Source: an uncultured Spirochaetota bacterium (GTDB taxonomy: Bacteria; Spirochaetota; UBA4802; UBA5550). From it: a stretch of DNA of 64,000 bases. This document shows, one piece after another, positions 20,259 to 28,262 of this stretch. The notes under the pieces are model-generated. The model was not told the DNA's origin and searched no databases. It saw only the letters and a program-made list of their open reading frames with translations. The translations under genes were made by a program, and so were the position numbers. The stretch's first letter is position 1. Each line of letters opens with the position of its first letter. Where the stretch lies: positions 128,001 through 192,000 of the forward strand of contig CAWHAA010000007.1 in NCBI GenBank assembly GCA_963827275.1, given 5' to 3'.

Positions 20259-21164
20259 ATGAACCGGCAGGCTGACATACAGATTTCACTGACGCTTATC
20301 ATTTCGTTTTTTATACACCTGGTACTCCTGGCGGGCTTTGTCGCGCCCCGGCTCGACGATCTGTGGGGTAACGCGAAGATGTTGAAGGAAATGTTCGGCG
20401 ACAGCGCCGCTTCGCGGGACATTATTGTGAATATCAACCAGGATGACCGGCGCGTGGTCACCCCGGAGACCCTGCTGTCGGACCGTGACTCGGCCGCGAA
20501 GGGATACATCACGAAAAAAGCGGGAAACCGGTGGCTCAATAATTCGCTTGATTTCAGGGCCCTGAAAGGAAGCAGGGCGCAGCAGGGCAGGGGGGATACG
20601 GCGGCGTCGTCGGGCGCGGGCAGGGACCGCGTCATGCAGTCGGACGATTCCGAGATGACCGCCGTGATAGAGCGGAACGACGCGGCGGGCGGGCAGGCGG
20701 GAAACTACGGCATTTTTGACGAGACGCTTATCCCGGACAAGAATGACGTCACCAGGGAAAACGCGCTCTTTTATTCGAGCGACGGCCGGTTCAGCTTCAA
20801 CACCGCAAAGTTCAAGGACTTCAAATATTTCCTGGACATGAAAAGCAAGATCGCGTCGAACTGGTACCCGCCCCTCATGGCGAACGCGGTCATGCACGGC
20901 TACAACCCGCTCTCGGGCGCGTACACGCCCGGCAGCACCCGCATCATGGCGATCCCGAGCCAGGAAGTGAAGACGGTGTTCGTCCTCGACAGGAAGGGCG
21001 ACATCATCCATATCCAGATCCTCGACTCGCTTGGCCAGAAGCCCCTCAACGCCTCGTGCTATGACGCCATCAGGCTTTCCAAAAGCTTCGGGCCGGTGCC
21101 CAAGGACCTCCTGAAGGGGGATGTTCTGGTCATCCCCTTTATCTTCGGGTACTATGTATACTGA
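20259..21164 (+). CDS. TonB/TolA-like energy transducer
   Basis: N-terminal TM with SxxxH (SFFIH); C-terminal domain YF..MK.KI..NW...FVLDRKGDI....ILDS.G..L. Confidence 0.72.
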   Translation: MNRQADIQISLTLIISFFIHLVLLAGFVAPRLDDLWGNAKMLKEMFGDSAASRDIIVNINQDDRRVVTPETLLSDRDSAAKGYITKKAGNRWLNNSLDFRALKGSRAQQGRGDTAASSGAGRDRVMQSDDSEMTAVIERNDAAGGQAGNYGIFDETLIPDKNDVTRENALFYSSDGRFSFNTAKFKDFKYFLDMKSKIASNWYPPLMANAVMHGYNPLSGAYTPGSTRIMAIPSQEVKTVFVLDRKGDIIHIQILDSLGQKPLNASCYDAIRLSKSFGPVPKDLLKGDVLVIPFIFGYYVY

Positions 21165-21196
21165 TGTGCGCGGTTACGTACCCGCGCATGGCAAGA

Positions 21197-23488
21197 TCAT
21201 TCTCTTTCAATTAAATCCTTCAGCGTCACATCCCCGACCGCCTTCCTCCTGCTCTCTGCTATCTGCTTGAACAGCCTGCCGAGAAAAACTCTGAACGGGG
21301 ATTTCCCCGGCGCCACCGGTATCTCAAGGCTGATGTGCATGATCGTGTCAATGACCCGGTTCAGCTGCACGTTGGCCGGGCTGTTGGCCGGGAGGTAGTC
21401 CTGGTTTTCGTCCTGCGTGATGATATTTGCTTCGAGGAAGAGCCGGCAATATTGATCGATCTCATCCGATTTTCCGGCCGCGGTTTTTTGCAGTTCCCGG
21501 AGCGACGATGCGCCGTTGCCGCGCTCGAATTTCCGGTAGATCTGTACCAGTACGGCGATACCGTAATAGACATGGTATCCGGTCCTGTCCTCCGGCGGCT
21601 TCTTCAGGCTCCGGTAGGAGTGCGGGTGCATCAGCGTGTAGGACAGCTCCGCGCCGAACAGGGTGATCATCGACGATGCGTGCACCATGAGGAGGAAGAG
21701 GGGTATCGCGGCAAGGGCCCCGTACACGGCGAAGGTCCCCTGCGCGAACCCCTTGACATACACGATGAAGATGAGGATAAAGATGACCCATACCGCCGCG
21801 GTGAAGGCGGCCCCGATCGCGGCGGGCCTGAAGGGCACCCTGGTATTGGGAAGGGTGATGTATGCCAGCAGAAAGAGGAGCCAGATGAATCCGAACGGCG
21901 CCAGGAAATTGATTGCCGTGTAGCCGAGCTTCCTCCCCTGCTTGACCGTGTCCCAGGTCGCTCCCCTGTCAGCGGAGGCCATGACGGTGCCCGACCCGCC
22001 GATGGCCCACAGCCGGTTGTTCCGGTAGATGAGGGAATTCACTCCCAGGGCGGGCAGCTTCCGGCTCTCCCAGCTTTCACCGCCGTTCCCGGTGCGAATG
22101 ACGGTCCCGTCATCCCCGCCCACGATCCCTTCCTCCGGGTTGAAGAACCACGCGGCATGATACGAGTGCTCCCTGAATTTTTTCGCGCTCCATCGTTCCC
22201 CGCCGTCGCCGGAATAGAGGAGCAGGCCATCGCTCCCCATGAGCCATAACCGGCTCTCGTCGATGAAGAAAGCGCCGTTGATGTTGACCATGCGTCCGCG
22301 CCGACTGGCCTCCGCCACCACCGCTGGGGTCCAGGTCGCCCCGCCGTCGGACGTCCTGAGGATGGCGCCCCTGCTGCCGGTGATGATCCCGGTGTTGCGG
22401 TAAAACGCGATGGAGTAGAAGTTGGGGCTTCCCTCCCATTCCCGCGCCTCCCAGGTCGCGCCCCCGTCAGCGGTCGTCATGACGATGCCGCCCTCCGCCG
22501 CGATGAATCCCCTTGTTTCGCTCAGCATGCGGATCGCGTTGAAGTTGATGGACCCGAATTTGCGTATCCGCCACGAGAGGCCGCCGTCGGCGGAAATCAG
22601 GAGCATGCCGTCGGTGCCGGCAATCCACCCCTTCCTGCCGATGAACTGCACGCTCCGGTATTTGATCTTCTTCATTTCAATGGGGTCAAGGCGGAGGTCC
22701 AGCTCGGTGAACGCGGCCGTGCCGGAGTCATAGGAGTAGATCCTCTGATTGTTGTAATCGATTTTGCCGCTGTCGCCGTTCACCGCGGTGAAGCGGACGG
22801 CGCCGGTCTCCGACTCGAGGATCGTCGACTTGTCCCCGACAACCCACAGGCGGCCTTCCGATGTGACGGCGCCCGCATTGTAATTGGCCGATGACAGCGC
22901 GGAGGAGATCTGGGCCGCTGCGGTCATCCCGGCGGCAAGCATGATGGGGCCGAGCGTCAGCGCGGCCCAGTAATAGATTATTTTCAGGAAGATGGAGCGC
23001 CCCTGCCTGACCTTCCATATGTCGTTCATCGACTTTTCCATGGTGCGGAGCATCGCCGTCGCGGAAAAGACCATCACGGCCGCGCTGATCCCGCCGATCT
23101 TGCCGGCGTTTTCAATGAGCCCCAGGACGGCGTCGAATATCGGGTCGATGTTGATCTTGATGTTGTGCTCGGTCATGAAGAGGAGGATGCGGTCAAAGAG
23201 CTCCTTCTTGTTCTGCCCCACCCCGTAATAGAGCGAATACATGGAAAGGGCTACCGTCAGGGCGGGGACCAGCGACAGTATGAGTGTATATGTTATTGAT
23301 GCCGCCTTGGTCGGGCAGTCATCCCTGAAGAATTTCCGCGCGGAAACAACAAGCACTTTTGCGGCCTGTACGATGCGGTCCAGGGCCCCGGGGAGCACGC
23401 CGCTGCCGCGGTATATGGTCATGACAAATTCGCGGGCCTTTTCAATGAATCGTGCCGTTTTTTTCTGTATCTGTTTTTTCCCTGCCAT
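21197..23488 (-). CDS. YihY/BrkB-family membrane protein with inserted BNR/YCF48-like beta-propeller
   Basis: YihY motifs AASITYTLILSLVP, MNDIW, YWAALTLGP, YGALAAIP, FGAE; central S/T-x-DGG-x-(S/T)-W Asp-box repeats. Confidence 0.85.
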   Translation of the reverse strand: MAGKKQIQKKTARFIEKAREFVMTIYRGSGVLPGALDRIVQAAKVLVVSARKFFRDDCPTKAASITYTLILSLVPALTVALSMYSLYYGVGQNKKELFDRILLFMTEHNIKINIDPIFDAVLGLIENAGKIGGISAAVMVFSATAMLRTMEKSMNDIWKVRQGRSIFLKIIYYWAALTLGPIMLAAGMTAAAQISSALSSANYNAGAVTSEGRLWVVGDKSTILESETGAVRFTAVNGDSGKIDYNNQRIYSYDSGTAAFTELDLRLDPIEMKKIKYRSVQFIGRKGWIAGTDGMLLISADGGLSWRIRKFGSINFNAIRMLSETRGFIAAEGGIVMTTADGGATWEAREWEGSPNFYSIAFYRNTGIITGSRGAILRTSDGGATWTPAVVAEASRRGRMVNINGAFFIDESRLWLMGSDGLLLYSGDGGERWSAKKFREHSYHAAWFFNPEEGIVGGDDGTVIRTGNGGESWESRKLPALGVNSLIYRNNRLWAIGGSGTVMASADRGATWDTVKQGRKLGYTAINFLAPFGFIWLLFLLAYITLPNTRVPFRPAAIGAAFTAAVWVIFILIFIVYVKGFAQGTFAVYGALAAIPLFLLMVHASSMITLFGAELSYTLMHPHSYRSLKKPPEDRTGYHVYYGIAVLVQIYRKFERGNGASSLRELQKTAAGKSDEIDQYCRLFLEANIITQDENQDYLPANSPANVQLNRVIDTIMHISLEIPVAPGKSPFRVFLGRLFKQIAESRRKAVGDVTLKDLIERE

Positions 23489-23656
23489 GGCGCAGCTCCT
23501 TGGGTGATATGCCGGAAACGGGTGTTAAATGTAACAACGGGGTTCCGCGGCCGGTCAACAATATTTTATACGACCGCGGGCGCCCCGTGCCGCGGTCGAT
23601 TCATGAAAAAACGGCGAATTAATCAGGATGGTGCGATTACAGATGGGCATTTTTAA

Positions 23657-23685
23657 TTGACAAAAAAGATATGCTTCTCTAAGGT
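23657..23685 (+). promoter_or_regulatory. Sigma70-type promoter for rpsU
   Basis: TTGACA-17 bp-TAAGGT about 50 bp upstream of the start. Confidence 0.55.
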
Positions 23686-23737
23686 GCCAGTCACTGCGTG
23701 CAAAGTAATCAATTTATACAAAAAGGATGTGATCTGG

Positions 23738-24013
23738 ATGACGAGCCCTTTAGAAGTCGATGTGAACGGCGATATCGAAAAAGCCTTTAAAAACCTGAAA
23801 AAAAAGATGGCGTTCGAAGGCATTTTCAAGGAGCTGAAACGGCGCCGCTACTATGAAAAGCCGAGCGAAGAAAAGAAGCGGAAAAAAGAAGAAGCCGAGC
23901 GCCGCAGGCTGAAAAAGATTCGCCGCATGAACGTATCGTCGGGCAGGGTCAAGCGGACCCCGATGCGGGGCGGAAGAGAATCCTCCCGTGACGAAAGCGG
24001 ACCCGAAGCGTAA
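23738..24013 (+). CDS. rpsU: 30S ribosomal protein S21 with C-terminal extension
   Basis: DIEKAFKNLKKKM..EGIFKELKRRRYYEKPSEEKKRK; AAGGA RBS before ATG 23738. Confidence 0.92.
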   Translation: MTSPLEVDVNGDIEKAFKNLKKKMAFEGIFKELKRRRYYEKPSEEKKRKKEEAERRRLKKIRRMNVSSGRVKRTPMRGGRESSRDESGPEA

Positions 24014-24027
24014 GAGAACTATATAGA

Positions 24028-24073
24028 ACACAGACATAAAAATCCGGCATTGCCGGATTTTTTATGTCTGTGT
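24028..24073. terminator. Long near-perfect inverted repeat, probable intrinsic terminator after rpsU
   Basis: acacagacataaaaatccggca-t-tgccggattttttatgtctgtgt, 22-bp arms with one extra T. Confidence 0.75.
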
Positions 24074-24102
24074 GAATGAGACGTCCACGCTCGTGGCAAT
24101 AT

Positions 24103-25386
24103 ATGGAAACAAAGGACACCTTTAGCCCCCTCGCAGACCGGTGCCGGCCCCGGACCATTGAAGAGTTCGTGGGGCAGGAGCACCTCCTGTCCGAGCACAA
24201 GATCCTGAAGACGATCATCGACAAGGGCGCCGCCTTCTCCCTCATCCTCTGGGGCGAGCCCGGCTCCGGAAAGACCACGCTCGCGCGCCTCATCGCGTCA
24301 TACTGCCGCATGGACCCCTATTTCCTGAGCGCCATATCGGCGGGCGTGGCTGACGTGCGCAAGGTCATAGAGAAAGGAAGGCAGAACCGGGAACAGGGGG
24401 CCCAGACCCTCCTCTTCCTCGACGAGATACACCGCTTCAACAAGGCCCAGCAGGATTCAGTGCTCGGCTCGGTCGAGTCGGGGGACATCATCCTGATCGG
24501 CGCCACCACGGAGAACCCGTCGTTTAACGTCATATCGCCGCTCCTGTCGCGCACCCGGGTGCTGAAGCTCTCGCGGCTTTCGGAGAAGAACCTCCTCGAT
24601 ATCCTCGACCAGGCGCTGCGCAGGGACGAGACCCTGAAAGAGGGGCAGGCCCGCTTCGAGGACGATGCAACGAAGGAAAAGCTGGTCGCCATCTCCAACG
24701 GCGATGCGCGGCGCATGCTGAACATGCTGGAGACCGCGTTCGCCCTGTCGCAGGACGGCCTCATCACCGCGGCGCACCTCGAGGAGGCGGTGCGCAACAG
24801 CATGCTCTATTACGACAGGGCCGGCGACAGGCACTACGACACCATCTCCGCCTTCATCAAGTCGCTCAGGGGGTCCGACCCGGACGCGGCGGTCTATTAC
24901 CTGGCGCGGATGATCCTCTCCGGCGAGGACCCGGTCTTCATCGCCAGAAGGATGGTGATCTTCGCCTCGGAGGACATCGGGAACGCGGCGCCCACCGCCC
25001 TCGCCATGGCGGTTTCCGCCATGACCGCGACGCAGAACATCGGCCTGCCGGAGGCGCGCATCGTCCTTTCCCAGTGCGCTACGTTCCTCGCCTCCGCGCC
25101 GAAGAGCAATGCCTCGTACCGTGCCATCGAGGCCGCCATGTCCGCGGCGAAGGACTCGAACTACGAGATCCCGCTCCATCTCAGAAATGCGCCGACCGAC
25201 CTGATGAAAAAGCTCGGCTATCATAAGGGCTATAAATACCCGCACGATTACGACCGCCACTTCGTAAAGGAACAGTATCTTCCCGATGATATCAGGGGCG
25301 AGGTGTTTTACGACCCGACGGAAGAGGCCAGCGAAAAGGCATTGCGGGACCGGCTGAAATCTTTGTGGCCGGAGCGGTATAAATAA
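24103..25386 (+). CDS. rarA: Replication-associated recombination protein A (MgsA/RarA AAA+)
   Basis: PLADRCRP, GEPGSGKTT, DEIHRFNKAQQD, GATTENP, HYDTISAFIKSLRGSDPDAA, ASEDIGNA. Confidence 0.96.
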   Translation: METKDTFSPLADRCRPRTIEEFVGQEHLLSEHKILKTIIDKGAAFSLILWGEPGSGKTTLARLIASYCRMDPYFLSAISAGVADVRKVIEKGRQNREQGAQTLLFLDEIHRFNKAQQDSVLGSVESGDIILIGATTENPSFNVISPLLSRTRVLKLSRLSEKNLLDILDQALRRDETLKEGQARFEDDATKEKLVAISNGDARRMLNMLETAFALSQDGLITAAHLEEAVRNSMLYYDRAGDRHYDTISAFIKSLRGSDPDAAVYYLARMILSGEDPVFIARRMVIFASEDIGNAAPTALAMAVSAMTATQNIGLPEARIVLSQCATFLASAPKSNASYRAIEAAMSAAKDSNYEIPLHLRNAPTDLMKKLGYHKGYKYPHDYDRHFVKEQYLPDDIRGEVFYDPTEEASEKALRDRLKSLWPERYK

Positions 25387-25387
25387 C

Positions 25388-26077
25388 ATGGACATTCAAT
25401 CCTCACTCGCGCCGACCTGTTTCATCGACAGCGACCGCCCGGCGGTCATCGACCGGGCGCGTTCAGTAATCGGCCGGGATGACAGTGATGCCGATAAGGC
25501 GGTGAAGCTCTTTTATGCGGTGCGGGACGGGATTCCCTACAACCCCTACCGCATGTCGTACCGCCGGGAAGACTACCGGGCGGGCTTCGTCCTGGAGCAG
25601 GGCGACGGCTTCTGCGTCCAGAAGGCGGTGCTGCTTGCCGCGCTGTCGCGGGCGGCCGGCGTCCCCTGCCGCCTCCGGTTCGCCGACGTGCGGAACCACC
25701 TGGTGACCAGCCGGCTCAGGGAGCTGATGAAGACCGACGTGTTCGCGTTCCACGGTTACAATGAGTTTTATCTCGGCGGCAGGTGGGTCAAGGCCACGTC
25801 CGCCTTCAACCGGTCCCTGTGCGAGAAGTTCGGCATTTGCGCCCTTGACTTCAACGGCCGCGATGATTCGGTGCTCCACCCGTTCGACAGGCAGGGGAAC
25901 AGGCACATGGAGTACCTGCGCGATTACGGCCCGTTCAACGACCTGCCATTTGAAATAATGATAGATGCATATGCCCGGCATTATCCTCACCTGGCCGGGA
26001 TTATTGAAAAGGCCGCGGCAGGCATGGCGCGGCCGGATGAATTCGAGCGGGAAGCGGGGGAAAAAAATGCCGGCTGA
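25388..26077 (+). CDS. Transglutaminase-like family protein
   Basis: GFCVQKA (Cys), FHGYNE (His), WVKATSAFN. Confidence 0.85.
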   Translation: MDIQSSLAPTCFIDSDRPAVIDRARSVIGRDDSDADKAVKLFYAVRDGIPYNPYRMSYRREDYRAGFVLEQGDGFCVQKAVLLAALSRAAGVPCRLRFADVRNHLVTSRLRELMKTDVFAFHGYNEFYLGGRWVKATSAFNRSLCEKFGICALDFNGRDDSVLHPFDRQGNRHMEYLRDYGPFNDLPFEIMIDAYARHYPHLAGIIEKAAAGMARPDEFEREAGEKNAG

Positions 26078-26100
26078 GCGCCGGTGCACGGGGGGGCGAT

Positions 26101-26676
26101 ATGGGAATCAGCAACGCCATGAATGAACTGATTGACTTTATACTGAACCGCGCCACCAGGTACGAGCTCGAGCTCGTGGGCGAGGCCCTGCGCAAGCGGA
26201 TGGAGCGGGAGTCCACCCTGGGGCTCGGGCAGGTGGATGTCCGGCACAGGGCGCGGAGCATGGCGGAGGGCATCGAGAAGCAGATGGGCGTGGACGGCAA
26301 GGGCATCCACGAGATGTCGAAGCGCCTGGTTGCCGACATGATCCGGAAAGAAAAGCCGGGGATCAGCGAGGCCGAGATACGTACGCTGGTGGACCATTTC
26401 GTCCCGGGTCCGGGCCAGGGCGCGGGCACGAAGAATGCGCCGCCTGCGGCGATACCCCGCGACATGCTCCTCGCGATGATATCGCAGTTTGTCAAGTACG
26501 GCACCGGCGGGATGAGCGAGCAGGAGAAGAGGGATTTCCCGGACGGCTGGTACGAGAAATATTGGAACGCGTTTCCTCCCGACATTCAGAACCTTGTGCG
26601 GGAATATATCAGCGGGCGCATCGGCAAGGACCGCTTCTGGAAGGGAATCGGTGAATCGCCGGCAATGAAGAAATAG
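26101..26676 (+). CDS. Hypothetical protein
   Basis: 191-aa ORF co-directional with neighbours, host-like codon usage, no motif recognised. Confidence 0.7.
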   Translation: MGISNAMNELIDFILNRATRYELELVGEALRKRMERESTLGLGQVDVRHRARSMAEGIEKQMGVDGKGIHEMSKRLVADMIRKEKPGISEAEIRTLVDHFVPGPGQGAGTKNAPPAAIPRDMLLAMISQFVKYGTGGMSEQEKRDFPDGWYEKYWNAFPPDIQNLVREYISGRIGKDRFWKGIGESPAMKK

Positions 26677-26703
26677 TCCTTGCGCCGGGGGAAGTTTTTG
26701 ATT

Positions 26704-26727
26704 TCCCTGTCCCCCTGCGGGGGCACG
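26704..26727. repeat. REP-like hairpin, same family as 9560-9586
   Basis: tccctgtccccc tgc gggggcacg; differs from the 9560 copy core only in the 3-nt loop. Confidence 0.55.
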
Positions 26728-26870
26728 AAGAAAATTGTTGTTTTTTTATTAATAGATTGTGTAAAAAACATCACATTGCAGATTGTATTGGAGCACGCAT
26801 TATGATGCGCGCCCCCTCCGTGGGTCGGGGGGATAGTAAGGATTAACAATACGTTTACCGAGGTCATGCC

Positions 26871-27449
26871 ATGAGTTCCAATCGCGACAGGCTGTTTGAC
26901 ATTCTATACACCAAGTCGTTCATATACCGGGAAGACCCGCCCTTCACGCTCGTGTCCGGGCGCCAGAGCTTTTACTACTTCGACTGCAAGGGCGCAACGC
27001 TTGACGCCGAGGGAGTGTCCCTCACCGGCGAGGTCATGCTGGATGCGCTCCTGCCGTTCATCGGCCCTGAGAAAATTGACGGGATCGGCGGCCTCACGCT
27101 CGGGGCGGACCCCATATCGATCTCCACCGCCATCGCGGCGCACCGGAGGGGGATCGCCCTGAGCCCCCTCATCGTTCGCAAGGAGCCGAAGAAGCACGGG
27201 ACGCAGAAGTGGATCGAGGGCGACGCGGGCAGGGTGAAAAAGGTCGTGGTCATAGACGACGTCATCACCACCGGCGGCTCCACCATTACTGCGATCGAGC
27301 GCCTGAGGGAATCGGGGCTTGTCGTGGTGAAGGCCGCGGTGGTCGTCGACCGGGAAGAGGGCGGCCGTGAAAACATCGAAAAGACGGGCATCGAGGTCAT
27401 CCCGCTCTTTACAAGGTCTGAATTCGACGCGCGGCGGCTCGGACGGTAG
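26871..27449 (+). CDS. pyrE: Orotate phosphoribosyltransferase
   Basis: FTLVSGRQS.YYFD, GGLTLGADP, VRKEPKKHG, VVIDDVITTGGS. Confidence 0.96.
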   Translation: MSSNRDRLFDILYTKSFIYREDPPFTLVSGRQSFYYFDCKGATLDAEGVSLTGEVMLDALLPFIGPEKIDGIGGLTLGADPISISTAIAAHRRGIALSPLIVRKEPKKHGTQKWIEGDAGRVKKVVVIDDVITTGGSTITAIERLRESGLVVVKAAVVVDREEGGRENIEKTGIEVIPLFTRSEFDARRLGR

Positions 27450-27452
27450 GGT

Positions 27453-27472
27453 GCGCGGCCGCGTGGCCGCGC
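27453..27472. repeat. GC-rich hairpin between convergent pyrE and lipoprotein genes
   Basis: gcgcggcc gcgt ggccgcgc; matches 20042-20061. Confidence 0.4.
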
Positions 27473-27487
27473 TGGTGCAATCCGATA

Positions 27488-28045
27488 TTATTTATTTTTG
27501 TCGATGTATGTTATCGCGCAGTCGGCCTGGATGGTGATGGTGAAATCGACCGGGTCGCCGGAGAAGGTCGTGTACCGTATCCGGTAGGTCGAGGCCGCGT
27601 CAAGTTTTTTGAAGTGATCTGACTTGCTGGAGGTAAGGGTCAGCTCTTTCTCGCGGTTCCAGTCAGCGTCATAGTTCCTCCCTATTTCCGCGTACATCTG
27701 CTTCCGCGGGCTGTTCGCAAAGCGCGACATGTCGATCAGCTTTTCAACGATAAAGTAGGTCTTTTTCGTTTTTTTCGCGCCGGTTATATCGGCGACGTAC
27801 TCGGCGGTGATCCCGACGGTAATCGCCTCGGCGTCTTTTTCGAGCTTGAAGTGCTGCGCGAACGCGGCGTACCGGTCGATCGGGTCATCGGCGCTCATGG
27901 CTTCGCCGGAGGGATACGACTTTTCCGACTTGTTTTTATATTCGCGCCTCGTGTGTGCGGTCGCGCAGCCAACCGTGACCGCGGCGGCCAGCAGGGCGCA
28001 GATGATCGGTGTGAAGTGTGGCGTTTTGAGCTGGTTGCGGAGCAT
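27488..28045 (-). CDS. Hypothetical lipoprotein
   Basis: Hydrophobic signal with lipobox TVGC. Confidence 0.65.
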   Translation of the reverse strand: MLRNQLKTPHFTPIICALLAAAVTVGCATAHTRREYKNKSEKSYPSGEAMSADDPIDRYAAFAQHFKLEKDAEAITVGITAEYVADITGAKKTKKTYFIVEKLIDMSRFANSPRKQMYAEIGRNYDADWNREKELTLTSSKSDHFKKLDAASTYRIRYTTFSGDPVDFTITIQADCAITYIDKNK

Positions 28046-28262
28046 GGCTCTTGTATGGTGCAGATTGCGGCCCGGTCAAGGAGTTTTTTAAGAATGCCGG
28101 CGGCATTTTTTTTGTTTGACGTAAAAATTTTCTTGCATTATGTCGTCAAAAATACCTTTAAGTATAGGCGCGGATACACGTCCGCGCCTGTACATTAATC
28201 CCCCGTGCATACCGGGGGAGCGGCCGCATGCGATGTTATCATAGAAATACCTGGTAGAATAT

